Assembly: GCA_965238075.1 (NCBI GenBank)
Contig: OZ250173.1
Coordinates: 1,216,001-1,280,000, forward strand
From: Candidatus Entotheonellaceae bacterium
GTDB taxonomy: Bacteria > Tectomicrobia > Entotheonellia > Entotheonellales > Entotheonellaceae
Direction of reading: 5' to 3'
DNA: 64,000 nt
A program made the position numbers and the translations under genes. Shown piece by piece: positions 7,925 through 17,625 of the stretch; position 1 is the first letter of the stretch, and every line of letters starts with the position of its first letter. The notes under the pieces were generated by a model, which worked only from the letters and a program-made list of their open reading frames with translations, had not been told where the DNA came from and searched no databases.

Positions 7925-8773
7925 TCACGATTTGTCTGCCTGCAGAAAGCGGCGCAATTCGGACGCATCCATGACGTAGCTATGTGCCCCTGCCGGAAAT
8001 TCTCCCGCTTCCACCTCGCACCTGAACGCCTGCAAGGCTTGCAACATCGGCTCGCGCAACTGGGCGAATTGCTTGACGAATTTGGGCACGAAGCCGTCGA
8101 AAAGCCCCAGGACGTCATGGAACACCAGCACCTGCCCGGCGCAGCCCGCACCGGCGCCGATACCGATCGTGGGAACGCTCAGCTTCTCGGTCACCGCCTG
8201 CGCCACGGCGGACGGGACGGCTTCCAGCACGACGGCGAAACAACCCGCCTCCTGAAGGGCGAGGGCATCGTCGCGCAGCTTCAGGGCCGCCCCAGCGGTG
8301 GTCGCCTGCACCTTGTAGCCGCCCAGCTTGGTGGCCGTTTGCGGCGCCAGCCCCACGTGTCCCATCACCGGCACCCCGGCTGCGACGATGGCCCGCACGG
8401 TTTCCGCCACCTCGACGACGCCCTCCAGCTTCACCGCGTCCATGTGCGCTTCCTTCATGTAGCGCCCAGCGTTGCGGACTGCCTCTCGCCGGCTGACCTG
8501 GTAGGACATGAACGGCATATCGCCCACCAGCAAGGCGCGCGAAGCCCCGCGAGCCACGGCCTTGCAGTGATGCAGCATGTCGTCCACCGTCACCGACACC
8601 GTGTCGCGGTGACCCAGCACGGTCATGGCCAGCGTGTCGCCCACCAGAATGGCGTCCACACCGGCCTCGTCGACCAGCTTGGCCGCCGGGTAATCGTAGG
8701 CGGTGAGCATGGTAATCGGCTGGCCCTTGTCCCGTTTGCGCTGCAGGTCGTGGAGGGAAACTTTTCGTGGCAT
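7925..8773 (-). CDS. panB: 3-methyl-2-oxobutanoate hydroxymethyltransferase
   Basis: 'ITMLTAYDYP', 'ILVGDTL', 'VGDMPFMSY', 'AVKLEG', 'GIGAG'. Confidence 0.96.
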   Translation of the reverse strand: MPRKVSLHDLQRKRDKGQPITMLTAYDYPAAKLVDEAGVDAILVGDTLAMTVLGHRDTVSVTVDDMLHHCKAVARGASRALLVGDMPFMSYQVSRREAVRNAGRYMKEAHMDAVKLEGVVEVAETVRAIVAAGVPVMGHVGLAPQTATKLGGYKVQATTAGAALKLRDDALALQEAGCFAVVLEAVPSAVAQAVTEKLSVPTIGIGAGAGCAGQVLVFHDVLGLFDGFVPKFVKQFAQLREPMLQALQAFRCEVEAGEFPAGAHSYVMDASELRRFLQADKS

Positions 8774-9043
8774 GTGACGGCACCTTGCTGGAAGCAATTC
8801 GGTCGGCGGTTTATGGGAGTTGTTTCGGCGCAACCGTACCCCATCCGCTCCGGTGTGTCCAGACGGCGAGCCCGCTGCCGCAAGCCGCGCCGCTACCTTG
8901 ACATCAAAACACCGATAGCTTAATAGGTGGGACTTTCACGACGCATCCGAACGCGGTGGCGTACACACCGCAAGATAGCCCACAGGCAGCAACCGGCCGG
9001 CAGCAGGGAGGTCCATCGCTGCCCGGTCGGGAGGAAAGGAACG

Positions 9044-10660
9044 ATGAGAGGCGTACCCGAGATACATGCACCAGGGGTCGAGTTGAGTCGGCGGGAATTC
9101 GTGGCCGGCGCCGGCGGCGCCGTGGCTGGGCTATCGGCCCTGGGTCTGCCTGCCACCGGCGTCGAGGCGGCTACGCCGCAGCATGGGGGCTCGGTCAAGA
9201 TCGGTTTGCGGAGCGACGTCAGCCGCCTCGACCCGCATCCCCTCTTTCCCCCTTACCCTACGTCCAACGCTGCGGCGCTGCTCTACAACGGCATCACCGA
9301 GGTGGACGCCGACGCCAACATCGTCCCCGCTCTGGCGCATGCCTGGGAGGTCTCCGAGGACGGCCTGACGTGGACCTGGCACATCCGCAAGGACGTGACC
9401 TTTCACAACGGCCGCCCGATGACCGGCACCGACATCAAGGCCAACCTCGAGCGGGTGCTCAATCCCAGAGTCGGAGCGATCATTCGCGGCGAGTTGGACA
9501 TCATCGACCGCATGGACATGCTTGATGACTACACCCTGCGCATGACCCTGAAGTACAAGTACTACCCTCTCCCCTCCGTCCTGTCCAACCGCTGGCTGCC
9601 CATCCTCGACCCGCAAAGCTTCGACACCGCCAAGCAGCACCCCGTCGGCACCGGGCCGTTCAAGCTCGTCTCCTGGAAGCGCCTGCATACCACCGAGATG
9701 GTTCGGCACGAGGGGTATTGGGAAAAGGACGCCGACGGCAATACTCTGCCCTACCTCGATGAGCTTATCGGCAAGCCCTTGGCCGACGACACCGTGCGCC
9801 TCACGGCCCTGCGCACCGGCGAGGTGGACGTGGTTGACGCCGTCAGTTACCGCGACTTGGCGCGCTTCATGCAGGAGTGGACGGACCAGTTTGACACCTA
9901 CCTGATCAAGGCCATCGGCACCACCTGGTACTGTTTCAATACCCAGAATCCGCCCTTCGACGACGTGCGGGTGCGCCGCGCCGCCGCCCTGGCGCTGGAC
10001 AAGCAGGCCATTCTGGACAAGACCCTCTTCGGGCACGGCGAGATTATGAATCAGTACTACCCGCAAGCCTCGCCGTGGCATCTGCCGGTCGCGTCGTCGC
10101 GGGAGCAAGATGTGGAGGAGGCCAAGCGTCTGCTCGAAGAGGCGGGCGTCAAGCCGGGCACGCATCTCACCATGGTCACTTATGCGCGGTACAACTATGT
10201 GAAAGAGTCCAGCCAGATTTTCCAGCAGAACCTGCGCAATCTCGGCTTCTCCGTAGACCTGAAAATCCTCGATGCCGGCCCCCTGCGTTCCGCCCTATCC
10301 GGCCGCAGATTCCACATCTCCGGCCTGGGCACCGAACATCGCATGGACCCGCACGAGTACTATTTCAGGGAATTGAGCTCCAAGAGCCCGATACAGAAAC
10401 GGTTCTACAGCGCTTGGGTGAACCCGGATTATGACAAGCTGATCTACGAAGCCCGGCGCACCGCCGGCCGTGAGGCGCGCATGCAACTCTACGCCGAGGC
10501 CGAAAAACTCATCCAGGCGGATGTGCCCACCGTGCGCGTGATCAGCGCCCACACCCTGTCTGCCTGGCAGAACGGACTGCAGGGATACAGCCCGAATGTC
10601 GCCGGCAACATGACCTACAACCACGGAGGGCTGCGAACCGCCTGGCTCAAAACCGGCTAG
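9044..10660 (+). CDS. ABC transporter substrate-binding protein, family 5 (peptide/nickel type), Tat signal
   Basis: 'SRREFV' twin-arginine motif; 'LDPH', 'WEVSEDGLTWTWHIRKDVTFHNG', 'PVGTGPFKL'. Confidence 0.9.
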   Translation: MRGVPEIHAPGVELSRREFVAGAGGAVAGLSALGLPATGVEAATPQHGGSVKIGLRSDVSRLDPHPLFPPYPTSNAAALLYNGITEVDADANIVPALAHAWEVSEDGLTWTWHIRKDVTFHNGRPMTGTDIKANLERVLNPRVGAIIRGELDIIDRMDMLDDYTLRMTLKYKYYPLPSVLSNRWLPILDPQSFDTAKQHPVGTGPFKLVSWKRLHTTEMVRHEGYWEKDADGNTLPYLDELIGKPLADDTVRLTALRTGEVDVVDAVSYRDLARFMQEWTDQFDTYLIKAIGTTWYCFNTQNPPFDDVRVRRAAALALDKQAILDKTLFGHGEIMNQYYPQASPWHLPVASSREQDVEEAKRLLEEAGVKPGTHLTMVTYARYNYVKESSQIFQQNLRNLGFSVDLKILDAGPLRSALSGRRFHISGLGTEHRMDPHEYYFRELSSKSPIQKRFYSAWVNPDYDKLIYEARRTAGREARMQLYAEAEKLIQADVPTVRVISAHTLSAWQNGLQGYSPNVAGNMTYNHGGLRTAWLKTG

Positions 10661-10687
10661 AACCGATTCGGGTCATAACGGCCTATG

Positions 10688-10788
10688 GTCACTCTGGCGA
10701 AAGCCGGAGTCCAGAAGTTCGTCCGGGATAAGAACCTGCCACGAACTGGCTCCGGGACCGCTGGATTCCGGGTCAAACCCGGAATGAC
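10688..10788. repeat. RPE/REP-like palindromic element (two hairpins in inverted arrangement)
   Basis: gtcactctggcgaaagccggagtccag ... ctggattccgggtcaaacccggaatgac, matching the GTCATTCC...GGAATCCAG palindrome type. Confidence 0.75.
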
Positions 10789-10927
10789 GCTTTGGCACAC
10801 TGGATGGTTCATTCAGAGCCGAAAACGATCTAGGAGACCCTTGGCCCGCGTTTCCAGCAAACATGCAGATTGGTTCAGCGTACCGCCGCTACCGCCCTGC
10901 ACCCGAACGTGGCCGCAGAGGAGAATC

Positions 10928-12550
10928 ATGATGAAGGACCTGTCTGAAACACACGTGCCAGGAACCGAGTTCAGTCGGCGTGAGTTCGTGGCTGGCGCCG
11001 GCGGCGCCGTGGTTGGAATGTCGGCTCTGGGTCTGCCCGCCGGCAGCGCCGAAGCGGCGACGCCGAACTACGGCGGCTCGATCAAGATCGGCTTGCGGAG
11101 CGACATCAGCCGCCTCGACCCGCATCCCCTCTTTCCTCCTTACCCCACCTCCAACGCCATGGCGCTGCTCTACAACGGCCTTACCGAGGCGGACGCCAAC
11201 ACCAACATCGTCCCCGCTCTGGCACACGCCTGGGAGACCTCCAAGGACGGCCTGACGTGGACCTGGCACATCCGCAAGGACGTCACCTTTCACAACGGCC
11301 GCCCGATGACCGGCGCCGACGTCAAGGCCAACCTCGAGCGGGTGCTCACCCCCAAGGTCGGCTCCGTCATTCGCGGCGAGCTGGAAATCATCGACCGCAT
11401 GGACATGCTCGATGACTACACCCTGCGCATGACCCTGAAGGACAAGTACTACCCCCTCCCGGCCATGCTGACCAACCGCTGGCTGCCTATTCTCGACCCG
11501 CAGACCTTCGACACCGCCAAGAGACACCCCATCGCCACCGGGCCGTTCAAGTACGTCTCCTGGAAACGCCTGCACACCACCGTCATGGCCCGGCACGAGG
11601 GATACTGGGAAAAGGACGCCGACGGCAATACCCTGCCCTACCTCGACGAGATCATCGGCAAGCCGCTGGCCGACGACACCGTGCGCCTCACCGCCCTGCG
11701 CACCGGCGACGTGGACATGATCGACGCCGTCAGCTACCGCGACCAGACCCGCTTCATGCAGGAATGGACCGACCAGTTCGACACCTATCTGATCAAGGCC
11801 CTCGGCACCATCTGGTATTACTTCAACGCCGAAAGGCCGCCTTTCAACGACGTGCGGGTACGCCAAGCCGCCGCCCTGGCGCTGGACAAACGCGCCATCC
11901 TGAACAAGACCCTCTTCGGGCACGGCGAAATCATGCACCAATACTACCCGCAGGCGTCGCCGTGGCGGCTGTCCGGCACGTCGCCGTGGGAGCACGACGT
12001 CGACAAAGCCAAGCAACTGCTCAAGGAGGCGGGCGTCAAGCCGGGCACCAAGCTCACCCTGGTCACCTTCGCGCGCTACAACTACATCAAGGAGGGCGCG
12101 CAGATTTTCCAGCAGAACCTGCGTCAGCTTGGCTTGTTCGTGGACCTGAAAATCCTCGACGCTGGCCCCATGCGCGTCGCCCTGAAGAGTCGCGAGTTCG
12201 ACATCTTCGGCCTGGGCAGCGAGCACCGCATGGACCCGCACGAGTATTACTTCAAGGAACTGAGCTCCAAGAGCCCGGTGCACAACCAGTTCTACAGCGG
12301 CTGGGTGAACCCGGACTATGATCAGCTGATCGAAGATGCCCGCCGTACCGCGGACCGGGAAACCCGCAAGCGCCTGTACGCCGAAGCCGAAGGGATTATC
12401 CAGGCGGAAGTGCCCAAGGTGCGCTCGATAAGCGCCCACAATCTGTCTGCCTGGCAAAACGGTCTGCAGGGCTATCGCCCGAACGTCGCCGGCAACCTCA
12501 CCTACAATCACGGCGGCTTCCGCACGGCCTGGCTCAAAAACAGTGGCTAG
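10928..12550 (+). CDS. ABC transporter substrate-binding protein, family 5, Tat signal; tandem paralog of 9044-10660
   Basis: 'SRREFV'; colinear and highly similar to the preceding gene. Confidence 0.9.
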   Translation: MMKDLSETHVPGTEFSRREFVAGAGGAVVGMSALGLPAGSAEAATPNYGGSIKIGLRSDISRLDPHPLFPPYPTSNAMALLYNGLTEADANTNIVPALAHAWETSKDGLTWTWHIRKDVTFHNGRPMTGADVKANLERVLTPKVGSVIRGELEIIDRMDMLDDYTLRMTLKDKYYPLPAMLTNRWLPILDPQTFDTAKRHPIATGPFKYVSWKRLHTTVMARHEGYWEKDADGNTLPYLDEIIGKPLADDTVRLTALRTGDVDMIDAVSYRDQTRFMQEWTDQFDTYLIKALGTIWYYFNAERPPFNDVRVRQAAALALDKRAILNKTLFGHGEIMHQYYPQASPWRLSGTSPWEHDVDKAKQLLKEAGVKPGTKLTLVTFARYNYIKEGAQIFQQNLRQLGLFVDLKILDAGPMRVALKSREFDIFGLGSEHRMDPHEYYFKELSSKSPVHNQFYSGWVNPDYDQLIEDARRTADRETRKRLYAEAEGIIQAEVPKVRSISAHNLSAWQNGLQGYRPNVAGNLTYNHGGFRTAWLKNSG

Positions 12551-12588
12551 AGCAATTTCGGACCAAGCCAGCTTACAATGCGACGTTC

Positions 12589-12697
12589 TCCCCCTCACCC
12601 CAACCCTCTCCCGCCAGGGGAGAGGGAGCAGACTCCCTTGGCGAGGGGAGATTCAGCCCCCTGTCCCTCCCCCTCCGCGGGGGAGGGACAGGGAGAG
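12589..12697 (+). repeat. ~110-bp composite palindromic repeat (REP/MITE-like), copy 1
   Basis: ccccctcaccccaaccctctcccgccaggggagagggag...ccctccccctccgcgggggaggg; near-identical inverted copy at 25348-25457. Confidence 0.85.
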
Positions 12698-12818
12698 ACG
12701 GTCATCGAACGCACCGGCGGCAAGGGAGGGGCGGCATGAGCAAACGCGCGGACCACAGCTCACCGGAGCGTAGCGAAGGTGAACGTATAAGATCAGGCAA
12801 CGCGAGCGTCAGCGAGCG

Positions 12819-14063
12819 ATGCACGGCGGATCGCCTGACGCTGGCGCGCATGCGAACCGCGTGAGGAGCGCCACGCCCATGTCACGCCGCGCCTTCCGGC
12901 TCCTCAAGGCTTTCGGCCGGCGTTTGCGGCGCCGGGAGGCGAGAGAGCAGCTTATCGGGTACCTGTTCACGGCGCCCGCAGTCGCGATCATCGCGCTGTT
13001 CGGCCTGTTCCCGTTGGGTTATGCCTTCTACATGAGCTTTTACGCCTGGCGGGTGCGGCAGGGACCTTTCCGGGGTCTGCGCAACTACGGCAAGGCGCTG
13101 GGCGAGCCGCAAGGTATCCTCATCTTTGCCGGCGCCGTTGCTCTGCTGGCGCTGGCCGCGTGGATGTGGAGGCGGGCTCGCCAGACAGTTCCCGGACGTC
13201 GGCTGCCTGGCCTGCTGGCCGCCGTCGTGTTGTTGGCGGCGGCCGGTGCGGCAGCGGTCACCGGCTGGGGCCGCATGCTGGAAACGGGCGACGTGAAGTT
13301 CCTCAACGCCCTGCCCGTCACCGTCTACTACGCCCTCGGCAGCATCCCCCTGCAACTCGCCATCGCCCTGGCGTTGGCTTGCGTGCTGTTCCAGAACCTG
13401 CGCGGCAGCGCCTTTTTCCGCATGGTCTTCTTCCTGCCGTACGTCATGCCGACCGTCGCCACCGCCACCGTCTTTCGCAGCATATTCAGTTCGCGCGACA
13501 CGTCGATGGCCAACCAGTTTCTGGCGCTGTTCGGCCTCGAACCCCAGCAGTGGCTGGCCGAATCCCGGCCGGTCCTTGAAATCCTCTTCGGCTGGCAACT
13601 AGGGGGGGCGGAACCAGGCTTGCCAGCCACGGGCGGCCCCAGCCTGGCCCTGGTGTCCATCATTCTCTTCGGCGTCTGGACCTTCGTGGGCTACAATGTC
13701 GTCATCTTCCTCGCCGGCCTCGGCTCCATCTCGGGCGAGTTGTACGAAGCCGCCGAGCTCGACGGCGCCAACCGCTGGGACGTGTTCCGCCATATCACCT
13801 TTCCGCTGCTCTCGCCGGTCACCTTCTATTTGGCGCTCATTGACTTCATCGGCGCCCTCAAGGCGTTCAATCATATTTTCGTGATGCGCTCGCCGCTGGC
13901 GCAGGGCACGGTGAACACCGCCAGCATGGTTATTTTCGACACCTTTTACCTGGCCAACCAGTACGGCTACGCGGCGGCGCAAGTCGTCCTGCTGTTCCTG
14001 ATGATCCTGGGCGTGACGTACGCGCAGAACCGCGTTTTCGGAAGGAGCGTGATCTATGATTGA
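12819..14063 (+). CDS. Carbohydrate ABC transporter permease (CUT1); start may be 12879
   Basis: EAA loop 'LYEAAELDGANRWDVFRHITFPLL'; multiple TM segments. Confidence 0.9.
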   Translation: MHGGSPDAGAHANRVRSATPMSRRAFRLLKAFGRRLRRREAREQLIGYLFTAPAVAIIALFGLFPLGYAFYMSFYAWRVRQGPFRGLRNYGKALGEPQGILIFAGAVALLALAAWMWRRARQTVPGRRLPGLLAAVVLLAAAGAAAVTGWGRMLETGDVKFLNALPVTVYYALGSIPLQLAIALALACVLFQNLRGSAFFRMVFFLPYVMPTVATATVFRSIFSSRDTSMANQFLALFGLEPQQWLAESRPVLEILFGWQLGGAEPGLPATGGPSLALVSIILFGVWTFVGYNVVIFLAGLGSISGELYEAAELDGANRWDVFRHITFPLLSPVTFYLALIDFIGALKAFNHIFVMRSPLAQGTVNTASMVIFDTFYLANQYGYAAAQVVLLFLMILGVTYAQNRVFGRSVIYD

Positions 14064-14940
14064 GAGCGCCGTGCAACGGCGGGGCGCCCCGCAATCCAAG
14101 ACGGCGCGACTGCATGTCGGGCGCCTAAGCCTGTATCTCGTTTTGATAGCAGGCGCGGTGGTGGTGGCGCTACCGTTTTGCTGGATGGTCTCCACCTCGC
14201 TGATGACCCTGGGCGAGACAATCAACCGGCAATGGCTGCCGGGCACGCCGCGCTGGCAGAACTACCAGACGGCCTGGACGGAGGCGCGCTTCGCGGTCTA
14301 CTTCATGAACAGCGTGATCATTACGGTCACCTCGCTCGCGGGGCTGCTGACGACCTCCATCCTGGCCGCCTACGCCTTTGCGCGCCTGCAATTCGCCGGC
14401 CGCGAGATCATTTTCTTCGGCCTGCTGAGCACCATGATGATCCCCGAGGCCATGACCCTGCTGCCCAGTTTTCTGGTCATCCGCGGCGACGTCATCCCCC
14501 TGCCGGGCGGCTCGTGGCTGAACACTCTGCAAGGGCTGACGGTGCCGTTCATGGCCAGCGCCTTCAGCATTTTCCTGCTGCGGCAGTTCTTCAGACGCCT
14601 GCCCGTGGAGTTGTGGGATGCCGCCTGCATCGACGGCTGCGGCCACCTGCGCTTTCTCACCACCGTGGCGTTACCGCTCAGCAAGGCGCCGCTGCTGACG
14701 GTGTCGCTGTTCGGCTTCATTGCCTCGTGGGACGCCCTGCTGTGGCCGCTGCTCGTCACCACGCGCGAAACCTGGCGCCCCCTCATGGTGGGCCTGTGGT
14801 CGCTGGTCACCGAAGCGGGCCCGGAAACCCAGCTTTTCATGGCCGGGGCCACCATCACCCTGCTGCCCATCCTCGTGATCTACTTCCTGGTGCAACGACA
14901 GTTCACCGAGGGCATTATGACCTCGGGTCTCAAGGGATGA
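14056..14940 (+). CDS. Carbohydrate ABC transporter permease (MalG-like)
   Basis: 'AAYAFARLQF', 'FLLRQFF', 'ELWDAACIDGC', 'VQRQFTEGI'. Confidence 0.9.
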   Translation: MIESAVQRRGAPQSKTARLHVGRLSLYLVLIAGAVVVALPFCWMVSTSLMTLGETINRQWLPGTPRWQNYQTAWTEARFAVYFMNSVIITVTSLAGLLTTSILAAYAFARLQFAGREIIFFGLLSTMMIPEAMTLLPSFLVIRGDVIPLPGGSWLNTLQGLTVPFMASAFSIFLLRQFFRRLPVELWDAACIDGCGHLRFLTTVALPLSKAPLLTVSLFGFIASWDALLWPLLVTTRETWRPLMVGLWSLVTEAGPETQLFMAGATITLLPILVIYFLVQRQFTEGIMTSGLKG

Positions 14941-14975
14941 CCTGACAACGTTCAATCGAAGGAGTGCCGTACCCC

Positions 14976-16325
14976 ATGCCACACCGCATCATACTGTCCC
15001 TGACAGCCACTATTGCACTCACCGTCAGCTTTCTCGTTATGCCGGCCGGCGCGCAGTCCGACCCGTGGGCCAAGGTCGATCCGAGCAACCAGAGCCTGGT
15101 GTTCTGGCACAACCACACCCGCAGCCGTCAGGATGCCCTGCAAGCCATCGTGGAGACCTTCAACGAAAGCAACCCTTACGGCATTACCATCGCCCAGGAA
15201 ACCCAGGGCGCCTATGCCGACATTTTTCGCAAGATGCTGGGCCTACTCGGCACACCGGAGGTCCCCGACCTGGTGGTGGCCTACCAGAACCAGGCGGCCA
15301 CCTACCAACTGCGCGACGCCCTCGTCGACATGACCTCGCTGATGCAAAGCCCGAAGTGGGGGCTGTCGGCGGAGGAACAGGCCGACTTCTTCCCCGCCTT
15401 TTTCCGGCAGGATATCTTTCCCCTGTTCGATAACGCCCGCCTGGGCCTGGCGCCGAACCGCTCGATGGAGGTCCTGTATTACAACCGCGACTGGCTGGCG
15501 GAGCTCGGCTACGACGAGCCGCCGAGCACGCCGGAGGCGTTCAAGGCCGTGGCGTGCAAGGCCGCCCACACACCCTTCAGCAAGACCGCCGGCAGCGGCA
15601 CAATGGGCTATCAACTCAGCCTCGACGCCTCGCGCCTGGCAAGCTGGACCTTTGCCTTCGGCGGCGACATTTTCGATTACCAGACGCGCCTGTACACATA
15701 CGACAGCACCGCCACCCAACAGGCCATGGCGTTCCTGCAAGACCTGTATGCCGAGGGCTGCGCGAGACCGGCCAGCGAACGCGGCGGTGCCCTGGCCGAT
15801 TTCAGCACCGGACGCCTGCTGTTTACCTCGGCGTCCAGTTCGGGCCTGCCATTTTTCAAGGCGGCCGTCGGCGCCGGCGCCAAGTTCGACTGGAGCGTCG
15901 CGCCGCTGCCGCACACCACGGCGACGCCCGTCACGAACGTCTACGGCGCCAGCGTCAGCATGCCCAAGAGCACCCCGCAGCGCGAGCTGGCAACGTGGCT
16001 GTTCATCAGGTATTTCACCAGCCCGGAGGTGCAGGCGGGTTGGGGACAGGCGGCCAATTACTTTCCGGTACGGCAGAGTGCCGCGCAGCGTCTGGGTGAC
16101 TATTTTCAGCGTCACACTGCCTACAAAACCGCCTTTGATCTGCTGCAATACGGCCGCCACGAGCCGCCGGTGCCGGGCTACGACTTCGTGCGCGCCATGG
16201 CCGAGGAAGCCCTGGCTGCAATCTTCGCGCAGGGCCGCGACGTGGAGAAGACCTTGATCAGACTGAATCGGAATGCCAACGTCAGCCTCAGGGAGCAGCT
16301 GGAGTATCTGCCGTCAGCGCAGTGA
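14976..16325 (+). CDS. Extracellular solute-binding protein, family 1 (UgpB-like)
   Basis: Signal peptide; 'LVFWH', 'VLYYNRD', 'APLP'; adjacent to CUT1 permeases. Confidence 0.85.
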   Translation: MPHRIILSLTATIALTVSFLVMPAGAQSDPWAKVDPSNQSLVFWHNHTRSRQDALQAIVETFNESNPYGITIAQETQGAYADIFRKMLGLLGTPEVPDLVVAYQNQAATYQLRDALVDMTSLMQSPKWGLSAEEQADFFPAFFRQDIFPLFDNARLGLAPNRSMEVLYYNRDWLAELGYDEPPSTPEAFKAVACKAAHTPFSKTAGSGTMGYQLSLDASRLASWTFAFGGDIFDYQTRLYTYDSTATQQAMAFLQDLYAEGCARPASERGGALADFSTGRLLFTSASSSGLPFFKAAVGAGAKFDWSVAPLPHTTATPVTNVYGASVSMPKSTPQRELATWLFIRYFTSPEVQAGWGQAANYFPVRQSAAQRLGDYFQRHTAYKTAFDLLQYGRHEPPVPGYDFVRAMAEEALAAIFAQGRDVEKTLIRLNRNANVSLREQLEYLPSAQ

Positions 16326-16341
16326 GGGCGTGGCAGGGAGG

Positions 16342-17583
16342 TTATTCCGCAACGTGTTTTTGCGGGCAGGCGAGCCAGAAGATTCCCGACAGCACCAGCA
16401 GGCCACCGCTGACGACGGCCAGGGTGCGGGGCGTCAGCGCGGCGGAATCCAGCCCCCAGGCGGTGGCCAGGATGGACAGCGTCATGATGACGGTGAAGAG
16501 CATGAAATCGGCCGCGAAGACCCGTCCGCGGTAGGTATCCGGAACGCTGATCTGCAGCAGCGTTGAACTGAACACCCACAGCACGTTGGACGCCATCGTC
16601 CCCATGAAGAGCGCCAACGCAGCCCAGGCCAGGGTCGGGGTGGCGCCAAACAGCACGTAAAACCCGCCGGTCATCACAAAGGCCGCGCCGATGGTTCCCA
16701 CCATTGTTTGCGGCTCCTCGCCGACCAGCCGCCGGGCCAGCAGCGGTCCGAGCAGCGCGCCGAGGCCGCGGGCCATGAACAGCATTCCCATGCCGATGGC
16801 GCCCGCCTCGAAAATGTTCTCGGCAAACAACGCGATGAGAATCACCATGCCGCCGGCCAACCCGACGCTGCACGCCTTCACGGAAAGCAGCCGCAGGACA
16901 TAGGGCCGCGCCGCCATATAGCGTATGCCGCCGCGAAACGTCTGCCAGCCGGTATGACCCGCGTCCGATGCAGCGGCGGCGGGCGGAATGGCCACCCGCA
17001 TGATGCAGCCGGCCGACACCATATAGCTGAAGGCATCGATCAGAAACGCCTCGGTGGTGCCCAGCCAGGCGGTCACGAGGCCGCCGAGGGCCGTGCCGAT
17101 GGCCAGCATGGCGGCCCAACTGGCGCTGCCCAGGGCGTTGGCTGCCACGAGCTCCCGGCGCGTGGTGATGTTGGGAATGGTGGCCGCGTAAGCAGGGTGG
17201 AAGAAGGCCGAGACCGACATCATGACCGCGGTCAGCGCATACACCAGCCACAGCCGTTCCGCCGAGGTGATGAACAGGAATCCGAGCGCCATCACCGCCC
17301 GCACCAAATCGGCCCCGACCATGATCCGCTTACGGCTGAAGCGGTCAGCCGCCACGCCGGCCACGGGGCTGAGCACGAACAGTGACGCCGTCTGCGCGAT
17401 CATGACGCCGCCCAGCGCCAGACCGGAAGCGCCGGTGAGTTTCAGCACCAAGTGATACAGCGCCATGGTGCGGAACCAGTCGCCGATCATGCTGGCAGCC
17501 AGTCCCAACCATAGGCGCCGGTAGCTGGGGTTGTCGCGCAGCAGCGCCCAGTAGCCTGCGGACTCGGTTACGAACAGGGCCAT
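16342..17583 (-). CDS. MFS transporter
   Basis: 'AGVAADRFSRKRIM' motif A; hydrophobic TM pattern; 'YRGRVFA'. Confidence 0.88.
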   Translation of the reverse strand: MALFVTESAGYWALLRDNPSYRRLWLGLAASMIGDWFRTMALYHLVLKLTGASGLALGGVMIAQTASLFVLSPVAGVAADRFSRKRIMVGADLVRAVMALGFLFITSAERLWLVYALTAVMMSVSAFFHPAYAATIPNITTRRELVAANALGSASWAAMLAIGTALGGLVTAWLGTTEAFLIDAFSYMVSAGCIMRVAIPPAAAASDAGHTGWQTFRGGIRYMAARPYVLRLLSVKACSVGLAGGMVILIALFAENIFEAGAIGMGMLFMARGLGALLGPLLARRLVGEEPQTMVGTIGAAFVMTGGFYVLFGATPTLAWAALALFMGTMASNVLWVFSSTLLQISVPDTYRGRVFAADFMLFTVIMTLSILATAWGLDSAALTPRTLAVVSGGLLVLSGIFWLACPQKHVAE

Positions 17584-17625
17584 GGCTCGCTCCCACTCGC
17601 CTGGCTTGGCGCGCCGGGCGCGCCC

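Noticed and set aside
8898-8926. TTGACA-containing promoter candidate upstream of the first SBP
   Set aside because: The -10 element is a poor match; insufficient support.
10889-12598. Long antisense ORFs here and at 6271-7677, 18714-20669, 28794-30326, 30200-31882, 37569-38984
   Set aside because: They mirror well-supported genes on the opposite strand, as expected in high-GC coding DNA.
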